The notes below the pieces were generated by a model. The model was given only the letters and a program-made list of their open reading frames with translations. It did not search any database and was not told the DNA's origin. DNA of 24,129 bases. Source: Actinomycetota bacterium. Lineage in GTDB: Bacteria > Actinomycetota > Acidimicrobiia > Acidimicrobiales > VFJN01. Positions 15,726-23,788 of this stretch are shown in pieces (position 1 is the first letter of the stretch; each line of letters begins with the position of its first letter). The position numbers were made by a program, and so were the translations under genes. The stretch spans positions 1 through 24,129 of the forward strand of contig JBKPAS010000116.1 in assembly GCA_046744265.1 (NCBI GenBank), given 5' to 3'.

Positions 15726-15798
15726 GCGGGCGTAGTCCAACGGCAGAGACACGGGCCTCAAAATCCCGCCAGTGTGGGTTCGAATCCCACCGCCCGCA
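15726..15798 (+). tRNA. tRNA-Leu(CAA), short variable arm, CCA not encoded
   Basis: Acceptor stem GCGGGCG/CGCCCGC, D-loop AACGGCAG, anticodon stem CGGGC/TCCCG around CT-CAA-AA (anticodon 15759-15761), 5-nt variable region, T arm GTGGG-TTCGAAT-CCCAC, discriminator A. Confidence 0.92.
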
Positions 15799-15804
15799 CC
15801 TCGT

Positions 15805-15825
15805 GGTCAGTACTGGGTCAGTACT
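15805..15825. repeat. Tandem duplication GGTCAGTACT x2 (11-bp period)
   Basis: Copies at 15805-15814 and 15816-15825, between the tRNA 3' end and the stop of the converging ORF. Confidence 0.8.
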
Positions 15826-16174
15826 TGGGGCCGACGATGGCGTCCAGGCGCTCGACGGCCTTGCGGCGGGCAACAGAGATCGTGGTCGGGTTGCTCGGGC
15901 GGGCGTCGATGCCGAGCCGGGCGCACGCCTCGAGGTACAGCTCGCGGATGTCGGCGGAGACGTTCGTGAAGAGGTAGCGCACGTACTCGTACGTGCGCCC
16001 CCTGACGTGGACCCGGTTGATGCATCGGCAGCCGTCCGAGTGCACGAGGCCCCGCACCAGGAGATCGGGGTGGCGGTCGAGGGCGATCGTCCGCTGCCAG
16101 GGCGCGAGCACGATCGGGCGCTGGACTCGGCGGTCTCGGCCATGATGCCGGGGTAGGCGTCGCAGCAATCTCAT
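15818..16174 (-). CDS. Internally deleted LAGLIDADG-like protein of the actinobacterial tRNA-associated family (possibly a pseudogene)
   Basis: RPIVLAPWQ, LAGLIDADG-type helix LLVRGLVHSDG, YEYVRYLFTN.S.DIRELY, ISVARRKAV..LD..VGPKY. A family-like block DCCDAYPGIMAETAES survives out of frame at 16170-16123; the first motif (YLLGxYLGDG-type) is absent. Confidence 0.7.
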   Translation of the reverse strand: MRLLRRLPRHHGRDRRVQRPIVLAPWQRTIALDRHPDLLVRGLVHSDGCRCINRVHVRGRTYEYVRYLFTNVSADIRELYLEACARLGIDARPSNPTTISVARRKAVERLDAIVGPKY

Positions 16175-16180
16175 GTACCG

Positions 16181-16204
16181 AGGTTACACGAACTAGCGTT
16201 CGTG
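16181..16204 (-). promoter_or_regulatory. LexA (SOS/Cheo) box abutting the -10 of a leaderless promoter
   Basis: CACGAAC-TAGC-GTTCGTG (16187-16204) is a perfect 7-bp inverted repeat containing CGAAC-N4-GTTCG. TAACCT at 16186-16181 lies 6 nt before ATG 16174. Confidence 0.8.
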
Positions 16205-16214
16205 CACTGCGCGG

Positions 16215-18089
16215 TCAGCGGGACAAGGACGAGGCGAGGCGGGTGAGGAGGGGGGTGGCGAGAGCGTCTTCCAGGGGGAAGGGGAGCGCCAGGGACCAAT
16301 TGGGGCGTTCGATGGTCGTGCCCGGGAGGTTGGGCCGGTCGGGGACGGCGAGGCCGTCCTCGAGCGTGGCCGCCACCAGGGCCGACGGGCTGGCCGCCAG
16401 CCGGCGGTGGACGTCGACGATCACGTCCTCGACGGTCGAGTCGTCGGGCGTCCGGCCGGTGAGGTCGTGCAGGCGCTGGCGCAGGGCGTCCATCGCGGCG
16501 GGGTCCGGCTCGATGCCGGCCGCCCGCTGGTCGGCGTCGTCGGCGCCGGTCCACGCCCCGGCGATCGTCGGCAGGTCGTGGGTCGTCACGGCGGCCAGCG
16601 CCTGCCACGGGTACCGCTCGGGCGGCTCGGGCTCGAACCACGCCAGGCGGTAGGACAGAACGCCCGCCTCGGCCAGCGCCTCCCGGACCTGTGTCTCGAC
16701 GGTCCCGAGGTCCTCGCCCACGATCACGGCGCCGGCCCGCACGCTCTCGACCGCCAGCACCGCCAGCAACTCGTCGCCCCGGTAGCGGACGTACGCCCCG
16801 TCGGCCGGCCCCCCGCCCGGCGGCAACCAGAACAGGCGGAAGAGGCCCATCACGTGGTCGATCCGGACACCGCCGCCGGAGTTTGGGGAACGATCACCGG
16901 TCCCCCCACCGAGCGCCGCCCGCCACAGCGACGCCAGCGGCTCGTACGCCGCGGCCCGCAGCTTCCACGGCACGAACGGCGGCAGCCCCCAGTCCTGCCC
17001 GAACCGGTTGAAGGCGTCGGGCGGCGCCCCGACGCGCACGTCCGCGGCGAGCAGGTCCTGCATGATCCAGGCGTCGGCGCCGTCGGGGTCGACCCCGACC
17101 GCCAGGTCGGTGAGCAGCGGCAGCGCCTGGCCGCCCCGCCGGAACTGGTCGTCGAGCAGGAACTGCACCCACGCCCAGTACCGCACGCGCTCGGCCCGGG
17201 CGGCCGCGAACGACGCCACCGCCGCGGACGACGGGTGGCGGTGCTCGGCCGGCCACGTCCGCCACCCCGAGCCGTGGTGCTCGGCCAGCGCGCAGAACCG
17301 GGCGTAGACCTCGATCTCGTCGCCCTGGTCGGCCCGCCACCGCTCGAACCTCGTGTCCGCCCCGAACCGCACCCACAGCCGGTCGAGCGCCCGCCGCTTC
17401 AGGACCCACGCCCGGTCCCGGTCGATGACCCGCGACCCGTTCAGGCGCCGGGCCTCGGCGGCCAGCGACGACACGTCGGGGTCCTCCCCTGCACCGGGGA
17501 TGTCGTCGATGCACAGGTACAGCGGGTTCCGCCACCGCCGGCTCGACGGGTAGTAGGGACTCGGCTCGACGCGGTCCAGGGGCAGGGGGGCGTGCAGGGG
17601 GTTGAGCGCCACCATCCCGGCGCCGTGGTCGCGGGCCCACCCGGCCAACAGCGCCAGGTCGGCGGCGTCGCCGACGCCCCAGCTTCCCGTCGACCGGCAC
17701 GAGTGGAGCTGCACGGCCAGCACCCAGGTCCGCAGGTCAGGCGGTAGGTGGCAGCGGCCGGGCGTGACGATGAGCCGGGTGACCGGGCCGCCGTCCCGCG
17801 GCCGCAGGTCGTGGTAGCCGATCGGCAGGTCGGGCGGCAGGGCGGTCAGCCCGGCCAGGGCGGTGCCGTCCTCCAGGGTCAGGTCGCACGGGGCGAGCAG
17901 GGGCTCCGCGGCGCCGGCCCGCACGATCCACAGGGGCCGGTCCTCGGGCGGCCCGGCCTCCCACTCCTCCGGCCCCCCGGCCGCGCCCATGGCCGAGTGC
18001 AGCGCCGCGGCCGTCTCGGCGGACGTGGGGTGCCACGTGCCGTGGACATCGACGTATCCGTCGTCGAGGCCCCAGGGATCGGTCGCCAT
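16215..18089 (-). CDS. malQ: 4-alpha-glucanotransferase (GH77 amylomaltase)
   Basis: QLHS.RS..SWGVGDAADL, NPLHA, SPYYPSSRRWRNPLY, DLAVG, GAPPDAFNRFGQDWGLPP, RIDHVMGLFRLFW, GEDLGTV, TTHDLPT, NLPGT...RPNWS. Confidence 0.95.
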   Translation of the reverse strand: MATDPWGLDDGYVDVHGTWHPTSAETAAALHSAMGAAGGPEEWEAGPPEDRPLWIVRAGAAEPLLAPCDLTLEDGTALAGLTALPPDLPIGYHDLRPRDGGPVTRLIVTPGRCHLPPDLRTWVLAVQLHSCRSTGSWGVGDAADLALLAGWARDHGAGMVALNPLHAPLPLDRVEPSPYYPSSRRWRNPLYLCIDDIPGAGEDPDVSSLAAEARRLNGSRVIDRDRAWVLKRRALDRLWVRFGADTRFERWRADQGDEIEVYARFCALAEHHGSGWRTWPAEHRHPSSAAVASFAAARAERVRYWAWVQFLLDDQFRRGGQALPLLTDLAVGVDPDGADAWIMQDLLAADVRVGAPPDAFNRFGQDWGLPPFVPWKLRAAAYEPLASLWRAALGGGTGDRSPNSGGGVRIDHVMGLFRLFWLPPGGGPADGAYVRYRGDELLAVLAVESVRAGAVIVGEDLGTVETQVREALAEAGVLSYRLAWFEPEPPERYPWQALAAVTTHDLPTIAGAWTGADDADQRAAGIEPDPAAMDALRQRLHDLTGRTPDDSTVEDVIVDVHRRLAASPSALVAATLEDGLAVPDRPNLPGTTIERPNWSLALPFPLEDALATPLLTRLASSLSR

Positions 18090-18131
18090 CGCGGCAGGAA
18101 GCTACCCGTCCCGACGCACTTGACTGTGCCC

Positions 18132-18713
18132 ATGACCTCGCACGACGACGACCGGCCGACCCGCATCCTGTGGCGCAGCGACCAGCTCCAGAGCCTCGAG
18201 CTCTTCACCGGTGGGCACTCGATCGGCGGCTGGCGCCTGCGGGGCCTGGCCGTGCTGCCGATCGACGGCGAGCCGGCCCAGATCGCCTACCGGGTCGAGC
18301 TCGACCCGCTGTGGCGGACCCGCCGGACCGAGGTCACGATCGAGCGCGAGCGCCACACCCAAGCCGTCGTCCTCGTGGCCGACGGGGAGGGGTCGTGGAC
18401 CGTCGAGGGGGCGCCGGCCGAGCCCCTCGACGGGTGCATCGACGTCGACCTCGGGTTCAGCCCGGCCACCAACACGCTGCAGATCCGGCGGCTCGGGCTC
18501 GAGGTGGGGGAGAGCCGCACGCTGCCGGTGGCGTGGCTGGCGTTCCCCGGGCTGACCCTGCAGCCGCTGGTGCAGACCTACACCCGCCTGGGCCCCGACC
18601 GGTGGCTGTACGCCAGCGGGGACTTCACCGCCGAGCTGGAGGTCGACGGCTGCGGCTACGTGCTGCGCTACGGCGAGGACCTGTGGAAGGCCGTCGCCCA
18701 CCGCACCGACTGA
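18132..18713 (+). CDS. Putative glycolipid-binding domain protein (PA1994/DUF1089-like)
   Basis: YRVELD..WRTRR, LDGCIDVDLGFSPATNTLQIRRL, L.PL.QTYTRL, FTAELEVD..GYVLRY. Confidence 0.8.
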   Translation: MTSHDDDRPTRILWRSDQLQSLELFTGGHSIGGWRLRGLAVLPIDGEPAQIAYRVELDPLWRTRRTEVTIERERHTQAVVLVADGEGSWTVEGAPAEPLDGCIDVDLGFSPATNTLQIRRLGLEVGESRTLPVAWLAFPGLTLQPLVQTYTRLGPDRWLYASGDFTAELEVDGCGYVLRYGEDLWKAVAHRTD

Positions 18714-18719
18714 AGGTTT

Positions 18720-18736
18720 CCTCAGCGAAGTCGCAG
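18720..18736 (+). promoter_or_regulatory. Possible OmpR/MprA-type tandem site
   Basis: CCTCAG-N5-TCGCAG (11-bp period), resembling the TCTCAG-N5-TCTCAG repeats bound by MprA, upstream of the flavinylation operon. Confidence 0.3.
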
Positions 18737-18781
18737 CGGACGCAGAGAATCCTCCAAGGTTCCGCACGGAGTATGCACGTC

Positions 18782-20200
18782 ATGAGCTACTCCGTGGCCA
18801 CGACGGCGGTCCCTCCGGGCTGGTCCGTGTCCGTCTCCCGCCCCGTCCCGGCGGTTCCGCAGCCCCGCCGCCGGGACCGGACCCCCGAGGCGATCGCCGT
18901 CGTGGCCGCCAACCTCGTGATCGTCACCGCCCTCTGGGTCGCCCACGGCGGCCTCGACGAGCTGTCGAGCACGGGCGGCTGGCTGACGGGTGCGGGCCAG
19001 CTCGCCGGCCTCTACGGCGCCCTCGCCGTGCTCGCCCAGCTGGCGCTGATGTCGCGGCTGCCGTGGCTCGAGCGCAGCCTCGGCCGTGACCTCCTGGCGG
19101 CGGCGCACCGCTGGGTCGGGTTCGCGGCGGTGAGCCTGCTCGTCGGGCACGCCACGCTCATCACCCTCGGGTACGCGGCGCAGGCGAGCAGCGGTGTCGG
19201 CTCCGAGCTGTGGACGCTGCTCACCACCTACCCCGACGTGCTCATCGCCGCCGTCGCCCTGGCCGCCTTCCTCGCCGTGGCCGCCATGTCCGTGCGGGCC
19301 GCCCGCCGGCGGGTCAGCTACGAGACGTGGCACTTCGTCCACCTCTACGCCTACCTCGCGGTGGCGCTGGCCTTCGCCCACCAGATCGCCAACGGCGCCG
19401 ACTTCGCCGACGCCCCGCTGGCCCGGGCCTACTGGGCGGCGCTGCACGTTGCCTGCATCGGCGCCCTGCTCGTGTACCGGTTCGGTCGCCCGACCCTTCT
19501 CGCTCTCCGGCACCGGGCCCGGGTGGCGGCGGTGGTGCCCGAGGCGCCGGACGTGGTGTCGATCCACGTCACCGGCCGCCGGCTGGACCTGCTCGGCGCC
19601 GAGGCCGGCCAGTTCTTCTCGCTGCGCTTCCTGACGCCCCGCTGGTGGTTCCAGTCGCACCCGTTCTCGCTGTCGGCCAGGCCGGACGGGCGCTCGCTGC
19701 GGTTCACGGTCAAGGCCCTCGGCGACCACACGGCCGAGCTGCCCCGCCTGCGGCCCGGGACCCGCGTGGCGCTCGAGGGCCCGTACGGGACGATGACGGC
19801 GGACGCCCGGACCGGCGACCGCGTCCTGCTCGTCGCCGGCGGCATCGGCATCGCCCCGCTGCGGGCCATCCTCGAGGACCTGCCGCCGGGACCGGGGTCG
19901 ACGGTGCTGCTGTACCGGGCCTCCCGCCCCGAGGACCTGGTGTTCCGCGCCGAGATCGAGGCCCTCGCCGCCGCCCGGGGCGCCGAGGTGCGCTACCTCG
20001 TCGGGCGGCGGTCCGACCCCCGCGTGCCCGCCGAGCCGTTCACCGCCCGGCGCCTGGCCTGGTACGTGCCCGACATCCAGGACCGGGACGTCTACGTCTG
20101 CGGCCCCGAGCCGATGAACGCCGCGGTCGTCCGGGCCGCCCGCGAGCTCGGTGTCCCCGACACCCGCATCCACACCGAGCGCTTCGCCTTCGCCGTCTAG
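18782..20200 (+). CDS. Ferric-reductase-like transmembrane heme domain + FNR-type FAD/NAD(P)H domain
   Basis: TM helices with His pairs (AAHRWVG, LVGHAT, WHFVHLYAY, FAHQ), HPFSLS, LEGPYG, GGIGIAP, YVCGP, terminal ERF. Start 18782 or 18773. Confidence 0.9.
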   Translation: MSYSVATTAVPPGWSVSVSRPVPAVPQPRRRDRTPEAIAVVAANLVIVTALWVAHGGLDELSSTGGWLTGAGQLAGLYGALAVLAQLALMSRLPWLERSLGRDLLAAAHRWVGFAAVSLLVGHATLITLGYAAQASSGVGSELWTLLTTYPDVLIAAVALAAFLAVAAMSVRAARRRVSYETWHFVHLYAYLAVALAFAHQIANGADFADAPLARAYWAALHVACIGALLVYRFGRPTLLALRHRARVAAVVPEAPDVVSIHVTGRRLDLLGAEAGQFFSLRFLTPRWWFQSHPFSLSARPDGRSLRFTVKALGDHTAELPRLRPGTRVALEGPYGTMTADARTGDRVLLVAGGIGIAPLRAILEDLPPGPGSTVLLYRASRPEDLVFRAEIEALAAARGAEVRYLVGRRSDPRVPAEPFTARRLAWYVPDIQDRDVYVCGPEPMNAAVVRAARELGVPDTRIHTERFAFAV

Positions 20201-20219
20201 GACCCAGGTAGAACCCGCC

Positions 20220-20669
20220 GTGCAACGCCGCACCGTCGCCGCCCTCAGCGCTGTGACCGCCACCGCGGGCGGCCTGGCCGTGCTGCTGAACTTCGAGACC
20301 GCACCGGCCACGGTCGCGGCGGGCCAGTCCGGCACGGCAGTGACCAGCAGCGCCGGCGGCGGCACCGCCACGACCACCGAGTCGGGCAGCACCGAGACCG
20401 CCTCCGGGGACGTCGAGTTCAACCGGTGGGGCGGCGTGCAGGTGCAGGTCGCGGTCGAGAACGGGCGCATCACCGACGTCACGATGCTGCAGGTCCCCGA
20501 CTCGCACGGGCGGTCGGTCGAGATCAACAACCGGGCCGTCCCCATCCTCGAGGAGGAGACGCTGTCCGCCCAGAGCGCCGACATCGACATGGTCTCGGGC
20601 GCCACCGACACCAGCCAGGGCTACATCGCCTCGCTCCAGGCCGCGCTCGACGCGCTGGGCATCGCATGA
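20220..20669 (+). CDS. Exported FMN-binding protein (flavinylation substrate)
   Basis: N-terminal RR + hydrophobic helix, S/T/G-rich linker, RWGGVQVQVAVENGRITDV, DMVSGATDTS with an [S/T]GA[S/T] motif. Confidence 0.9.
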   Translation: MQRRTVAALSAVTATAGGLAVLLNFETAPATVAAGQSGTAVTSSAGGGTATTTESGSTETASGDVEFNRWGGVQVQVAVENGRITDVTMLQVPDSHGRSVEINNRAVPILEEETLSAQSADIDMVSGATDTSQGYIASLQAALDALGIA

Positions 20670-21448
20670 CGGCGACCACCCTCGTCCGTCACGTCGAGCA
20701 GGTGATGGGCATGCCGGTGAGCTTCGCCTTCCGGCGTCCGGTCGAGCCGGATGTGCTGGCCGCGGCCGTGGCCGTCCTCCACGACGTCGACACGAGGTTC
20801 AGCACGTACAAGGCGGACAGCGAGATCTCCCGGCTGGACCTGGGCGACGTCGACCTGGCCCACTGCTCACCCGACGTGGCCAAGGTCCTGGAGGCGTGCG
20901 AGGCCCTGCGGGTCGAGACCGGCGGCTACTTCGACGCCTGGGCGGCACCGGCCGGCACCGAGCCGCACCTGGACCCGTCCGGCTACGTGAAGGGCTGGGC
21001 GGTCGAGCGGGCCGGCTCGGTGCTTGACGACGCCGGCGTCGCCGACTGGTGCATCAACGCCGGCGGCGACGTCGCGGCCCGGGCCGGCGACGGCTCGCCA
21101 CCGTGGCGCGTCGGCATCCGCCACCCCGGGCGGGCGGACACGATCGTGGCCGTCGTCGCGGCCGCCGACCTCGCCGTCGCCACCTCCGGCACCTACCTGC
21201 GGGGCGACCACGTCGTCGACCCGCACACCGGGCGCGCCCCGTCCGGCCTGGCCAGCGTCACGATCGTCGGCCCCCGCCTGGCGCTCGCCGACGCCTACGC
21301 CACCGCCGCGTTCGCCCGCAGCGCCGCGGGCGTGGACTGGGCCGCCGGGCTCGACGGCTACGGCGTGTTCGCGGTGGTCGAGGACCCGTCCGGCGGCCCG
21401 GAACGGGCCGTCTCCGACGGCGAGTTCGGCCGCCACCGGGTGGCCTGA
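20666..21448 (+). CDS. apbE: FAD:protein FMN transferase (ApbE)
   Basis: VMGMPVSF, FSTYKADSEISRL, GGYFD, LDPSGYVKGWAV, INAGGDV, WRVGIRHP, VATSG, HVVDPHTG, ADAYATAAF; ATGA overlap; no evident signal peptide. Confidence 0.92.
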   Translation: MTATTLVRHVEQVMGMPVSFAFRRPVEPDVLAAAVAVLHDVDTRFSTYKADSEISRLDLGDVDLAHCSPDVAKVLEACEALRVETGGYFDAWAAPAGTEPHLDPSGYVKGWAVERAGSVLDDAGVADWCINAGGDVAARAGDGSPPWRVGIRHPGRADTIVAVVAAADLAVATSGTYLRGDHVVDPHTGRAPSGLASVTIVGPRLALADAYATAAFARSAAGVDWAAGLDGYGVFAVVEDPSGGPERAVSDGEFGRHRVA

Positions 21449-21464
21449 ACGTAGAATCGCCTCT

Positions 21465-21758
21465 ATGCCCAAGTCGTTGGTCGAGCGGCGGCTGCGCCAG
21501 GTCGCCGGGAGGCTACGGCAGCTGCGTGATGAGCTCGAGGTCAGCACCGAGCAGCTCGCGCACCTGGCCGACGCCGCAGACGACGCCCGTCTGCGGGCGT
21601 TGGTGTCCGAGACGCCGATCTCCGATCGGGACCATCGCGATGCCGAGCGCCACGCCGATGCCATGCGCCGGCACCAGCAGGCGGTCCGCGAGGAGATCAC
21701 CCGTCTCGAGGCGGAGCAGGACGAGCTTCTCGACCGCCTCGTGGCAGAGTCACGTTGA
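21465..21758 (+). CDS. Coiled-coil hypothetical protein, 97 aa
   Basis: Heptad-rich helical sequence; perfect TAGAAT (21452-21457) lies 7 nt before the ATG. Confidence 0.75.
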   Translation: MPKSLVERRLRQVAGRLRQLRDELEVSTEQLAHLADAADDARLRALVSETPISDRDHRDAERHADAMRRHQQAVREEITRLEAEQDELLDRLVAESR

Positions 21759-21834
21759 CGACGTAGTAAAGAGAGGCCCCGGCTGCCGGGCAACGGGACT
21801 CCTGCTCAATCAACGAAGATCGAAAGGAACGCTC

Positions 21835-22416
21835 TTGGCCACCCGTGTCGTGATCGCCGAGGACGAGGCCATCATCCGCCTCGACCTCAAGGAGACCCTG
21901 CAAGAGGAGGGGTACGAGGTCGTGGGCGAGACCGGCCGCGGCGACGAGGCCGTCCAGCTCGTCCGTGACCTCGAGCCCGACCTCGCCATCCTCGACATCA
22001 AGATGCCGGGCATGGACGGGCTCGCCGCCGCCCGCGAGATCGCCGGCGAGCGGCGGGCCGCCGTGCTCATCCTCACCGCCTTCAGCCAGCGCGACCTCAT
22101 CGAGCAGGCCCGCGACGCCGGCGCGCTCGCCTACCTGGTCAAGCCGTTCGAGCGCAGCGAGCTGGTCCCCGCGGTCGAGGTCGCCCTCGGCCGGTTCAAG
22201 GAGATGAAGGCGCTCGCCGACCAGACCGCCAGCCTGGAAGAGCAGCTCGAGACCCGCAAGGTCGTCGACCGTGCCAAGGGCCTGCTCATGGACGAGCACG
22301 GTCTGGCCGAACACCAGGCGTTCTCGTTCATCCAGAAGCGGGCCATGGGCGAGCGCATCACGATGCGCAAGGTGGCCGAGCGCGTGATCAGCGGCGAAGT
22401 CCGCCCGACGGCGTAG
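21835..22416 (+). CDS. pdtaR: REC-ANTAR response regulator (PdtaR-like)
   Basis: RVVIAEDEAIIRLDLKE, PDLAILDIKMP, LTAFSQRDL, AYLVKPF, ANTAR part LETRKVVDRAKGLLM...AF.FIQKRAM; TTG start with SD AAAGGA. Confidence 0.9.
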   Translation: MATRVVIAEDEAIIRLDLKETLQEEGYEVVGETGRGDEAVQLVRDLEPDLAILDIKMPGMDGLAAAREIAGERRAAVLILTAFSQRDLIEQARDAGALAYLVKPFERSELVPAVEVALGRFKEMKALADQTASLEEQLETRKVVDRAKGLLMDEHGLAEHQAFSFIQKRAMGERITMRKVAERVISGEVRPTA

Positions 22417-22432
22417 GGAGGCGGCGAGGCGA

Positions 22433-23788
22433 GTGGCCGGCGACCCCCTCCTGCTGATCGACGGGAACTCGCTCACCTACCGCGCCTTCTTCGCCCTGCC
22501 CACCGACCTGTCCACGGCCTCGGGCCAGGTCACCAACGCGGTGTTCGGCTTCACGTCGATGCTGATCAACCTCATGCGCGACCACGGCTCGGGCCGCGTG
22601 GCGGTGGCGTTCGACCGGCCCGAACCCACGTTCCGCCACGAGCGGGTCGAGACCTACAAGGCCAACCGCGACGCCGCGCCCGACATCCTGCGCCAGCAGA
22701 TCGGGCTGGTCCGCCAGGTGGTCGAGGTCCTCGGCATCCGCATCCTCGAGACCCCGGGCTACGAGGCCGACGACATCCTCGCCACGCTGGCCACCCAGTC
22801 CCGCGACGCGGGCATGGACGTGATCGTCGTGACCGGCGACCGCGACACCTACCAGCTGGTAGAGGACCCGCACGTCACGGTCCTCTACAACCGGCGGGGC
22901 GTGTCCGACTACGTGCTGTACGACGAGGCCGGCATCGAGGAGCGCACCGGCGTGCCGCCCCGCCTGTACGTGCCGTACGCGGCGCTGCGGGGCGACACGT
23001 CCGACAACCTGCCCGGCGTGCCCGGGGTCGGCGACAAGACCGCGGCCAAGCTGATCAACACGCACGGCGGGCTCGACGGCATCTTCGAGCACCTCGACGA
23101 GCTGACCCCCAAGCTGCGGTCCAACCTCGCCGAGCACGAGCAGCAGGCCCGCACGAACGCTGAGGTCATGCTCCTGGTGCGCGACGCGCCGGTCGGCGCG
23201 ACCATCGACGAGCTCGTCCGGCGGCCGGCCGACATCGACGAGGTGCGGCGGCTGTTCGACTTCCTCGAGTTCCACAGCCTGGCCGAGCGGCTGTCCGAGG
23301 CCATCGGCGAGGACCTGGGCGCGACGGGCCCGCCGGTCGACGTCATCGAGGCCGAGGTCACGACCGTCGACCAGCCGTCCGAGGCCGTGGCGCTGCTCGA
23401 GGCGCTGCGGACGGGCTCGGTAGGCGGCGAGGCCGGGTCGCCGGTGGCCCTGGCTGCCACCTGGATGGCCGGCGAGGGCCGCTCCCCGCTCGAGGGCCTG
23501 GCGTTCGTCACCGACGCCGCGGCCGGCGACGTGACGTGGATTCCGGCGCCGACGCTCGACGACGAGGGCGTGCGGGCCGGGCTGCGGGCCCTGGTCGCCC
23601 TGCCCGACGACGGAGGCCGCCCCATCGCCACCCACCAGGCCAAGGCGCTCATGCGGTCGCTGCTGGCGCTCGACGTCGACGTCCGGTGCCTGGCGCTCGA
23701 CACCGCCATCGCCGCCTACCTGCTCGATCCCGCCGAGTCGCGTTACCTGCTCGACGAGATCCTCCGCCGGTACGCCCAGGCCGAGCTC
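22433..23788 (+). CDS. polA: DNA polymerase I, codons 1-452 (5'-3' exonuclease + vestigial 3'-5' exo domain); interrupted
   Basis: LLIDGNSL, TNAVFGF, YKANR, EADD, GDRD, GDTSDNLPGVPGVGDKTAAKL, DTAIAAYLLDP. Similarity ends at ...RYAQAEL and the frame continues as antisense-derived sequence with no stop to the window end. Confidence 0.9.

Noticed and set aside
15726-16204. Prophage/ICE att site, or a group I intron in the tRNA
   Set aside because: The tRNA is contiguous, no duplicate of its 3' end was seen in the window, and there is no integrase or phage gene.
21759-21834. ANTAR-binding twin-hairpin RNA upstream of pdtaR
   Set aside because: Only one hairpin (CCCGG-CTG-CCGGG) is evident, and it lacks the paired hexaloops with G1/G4.
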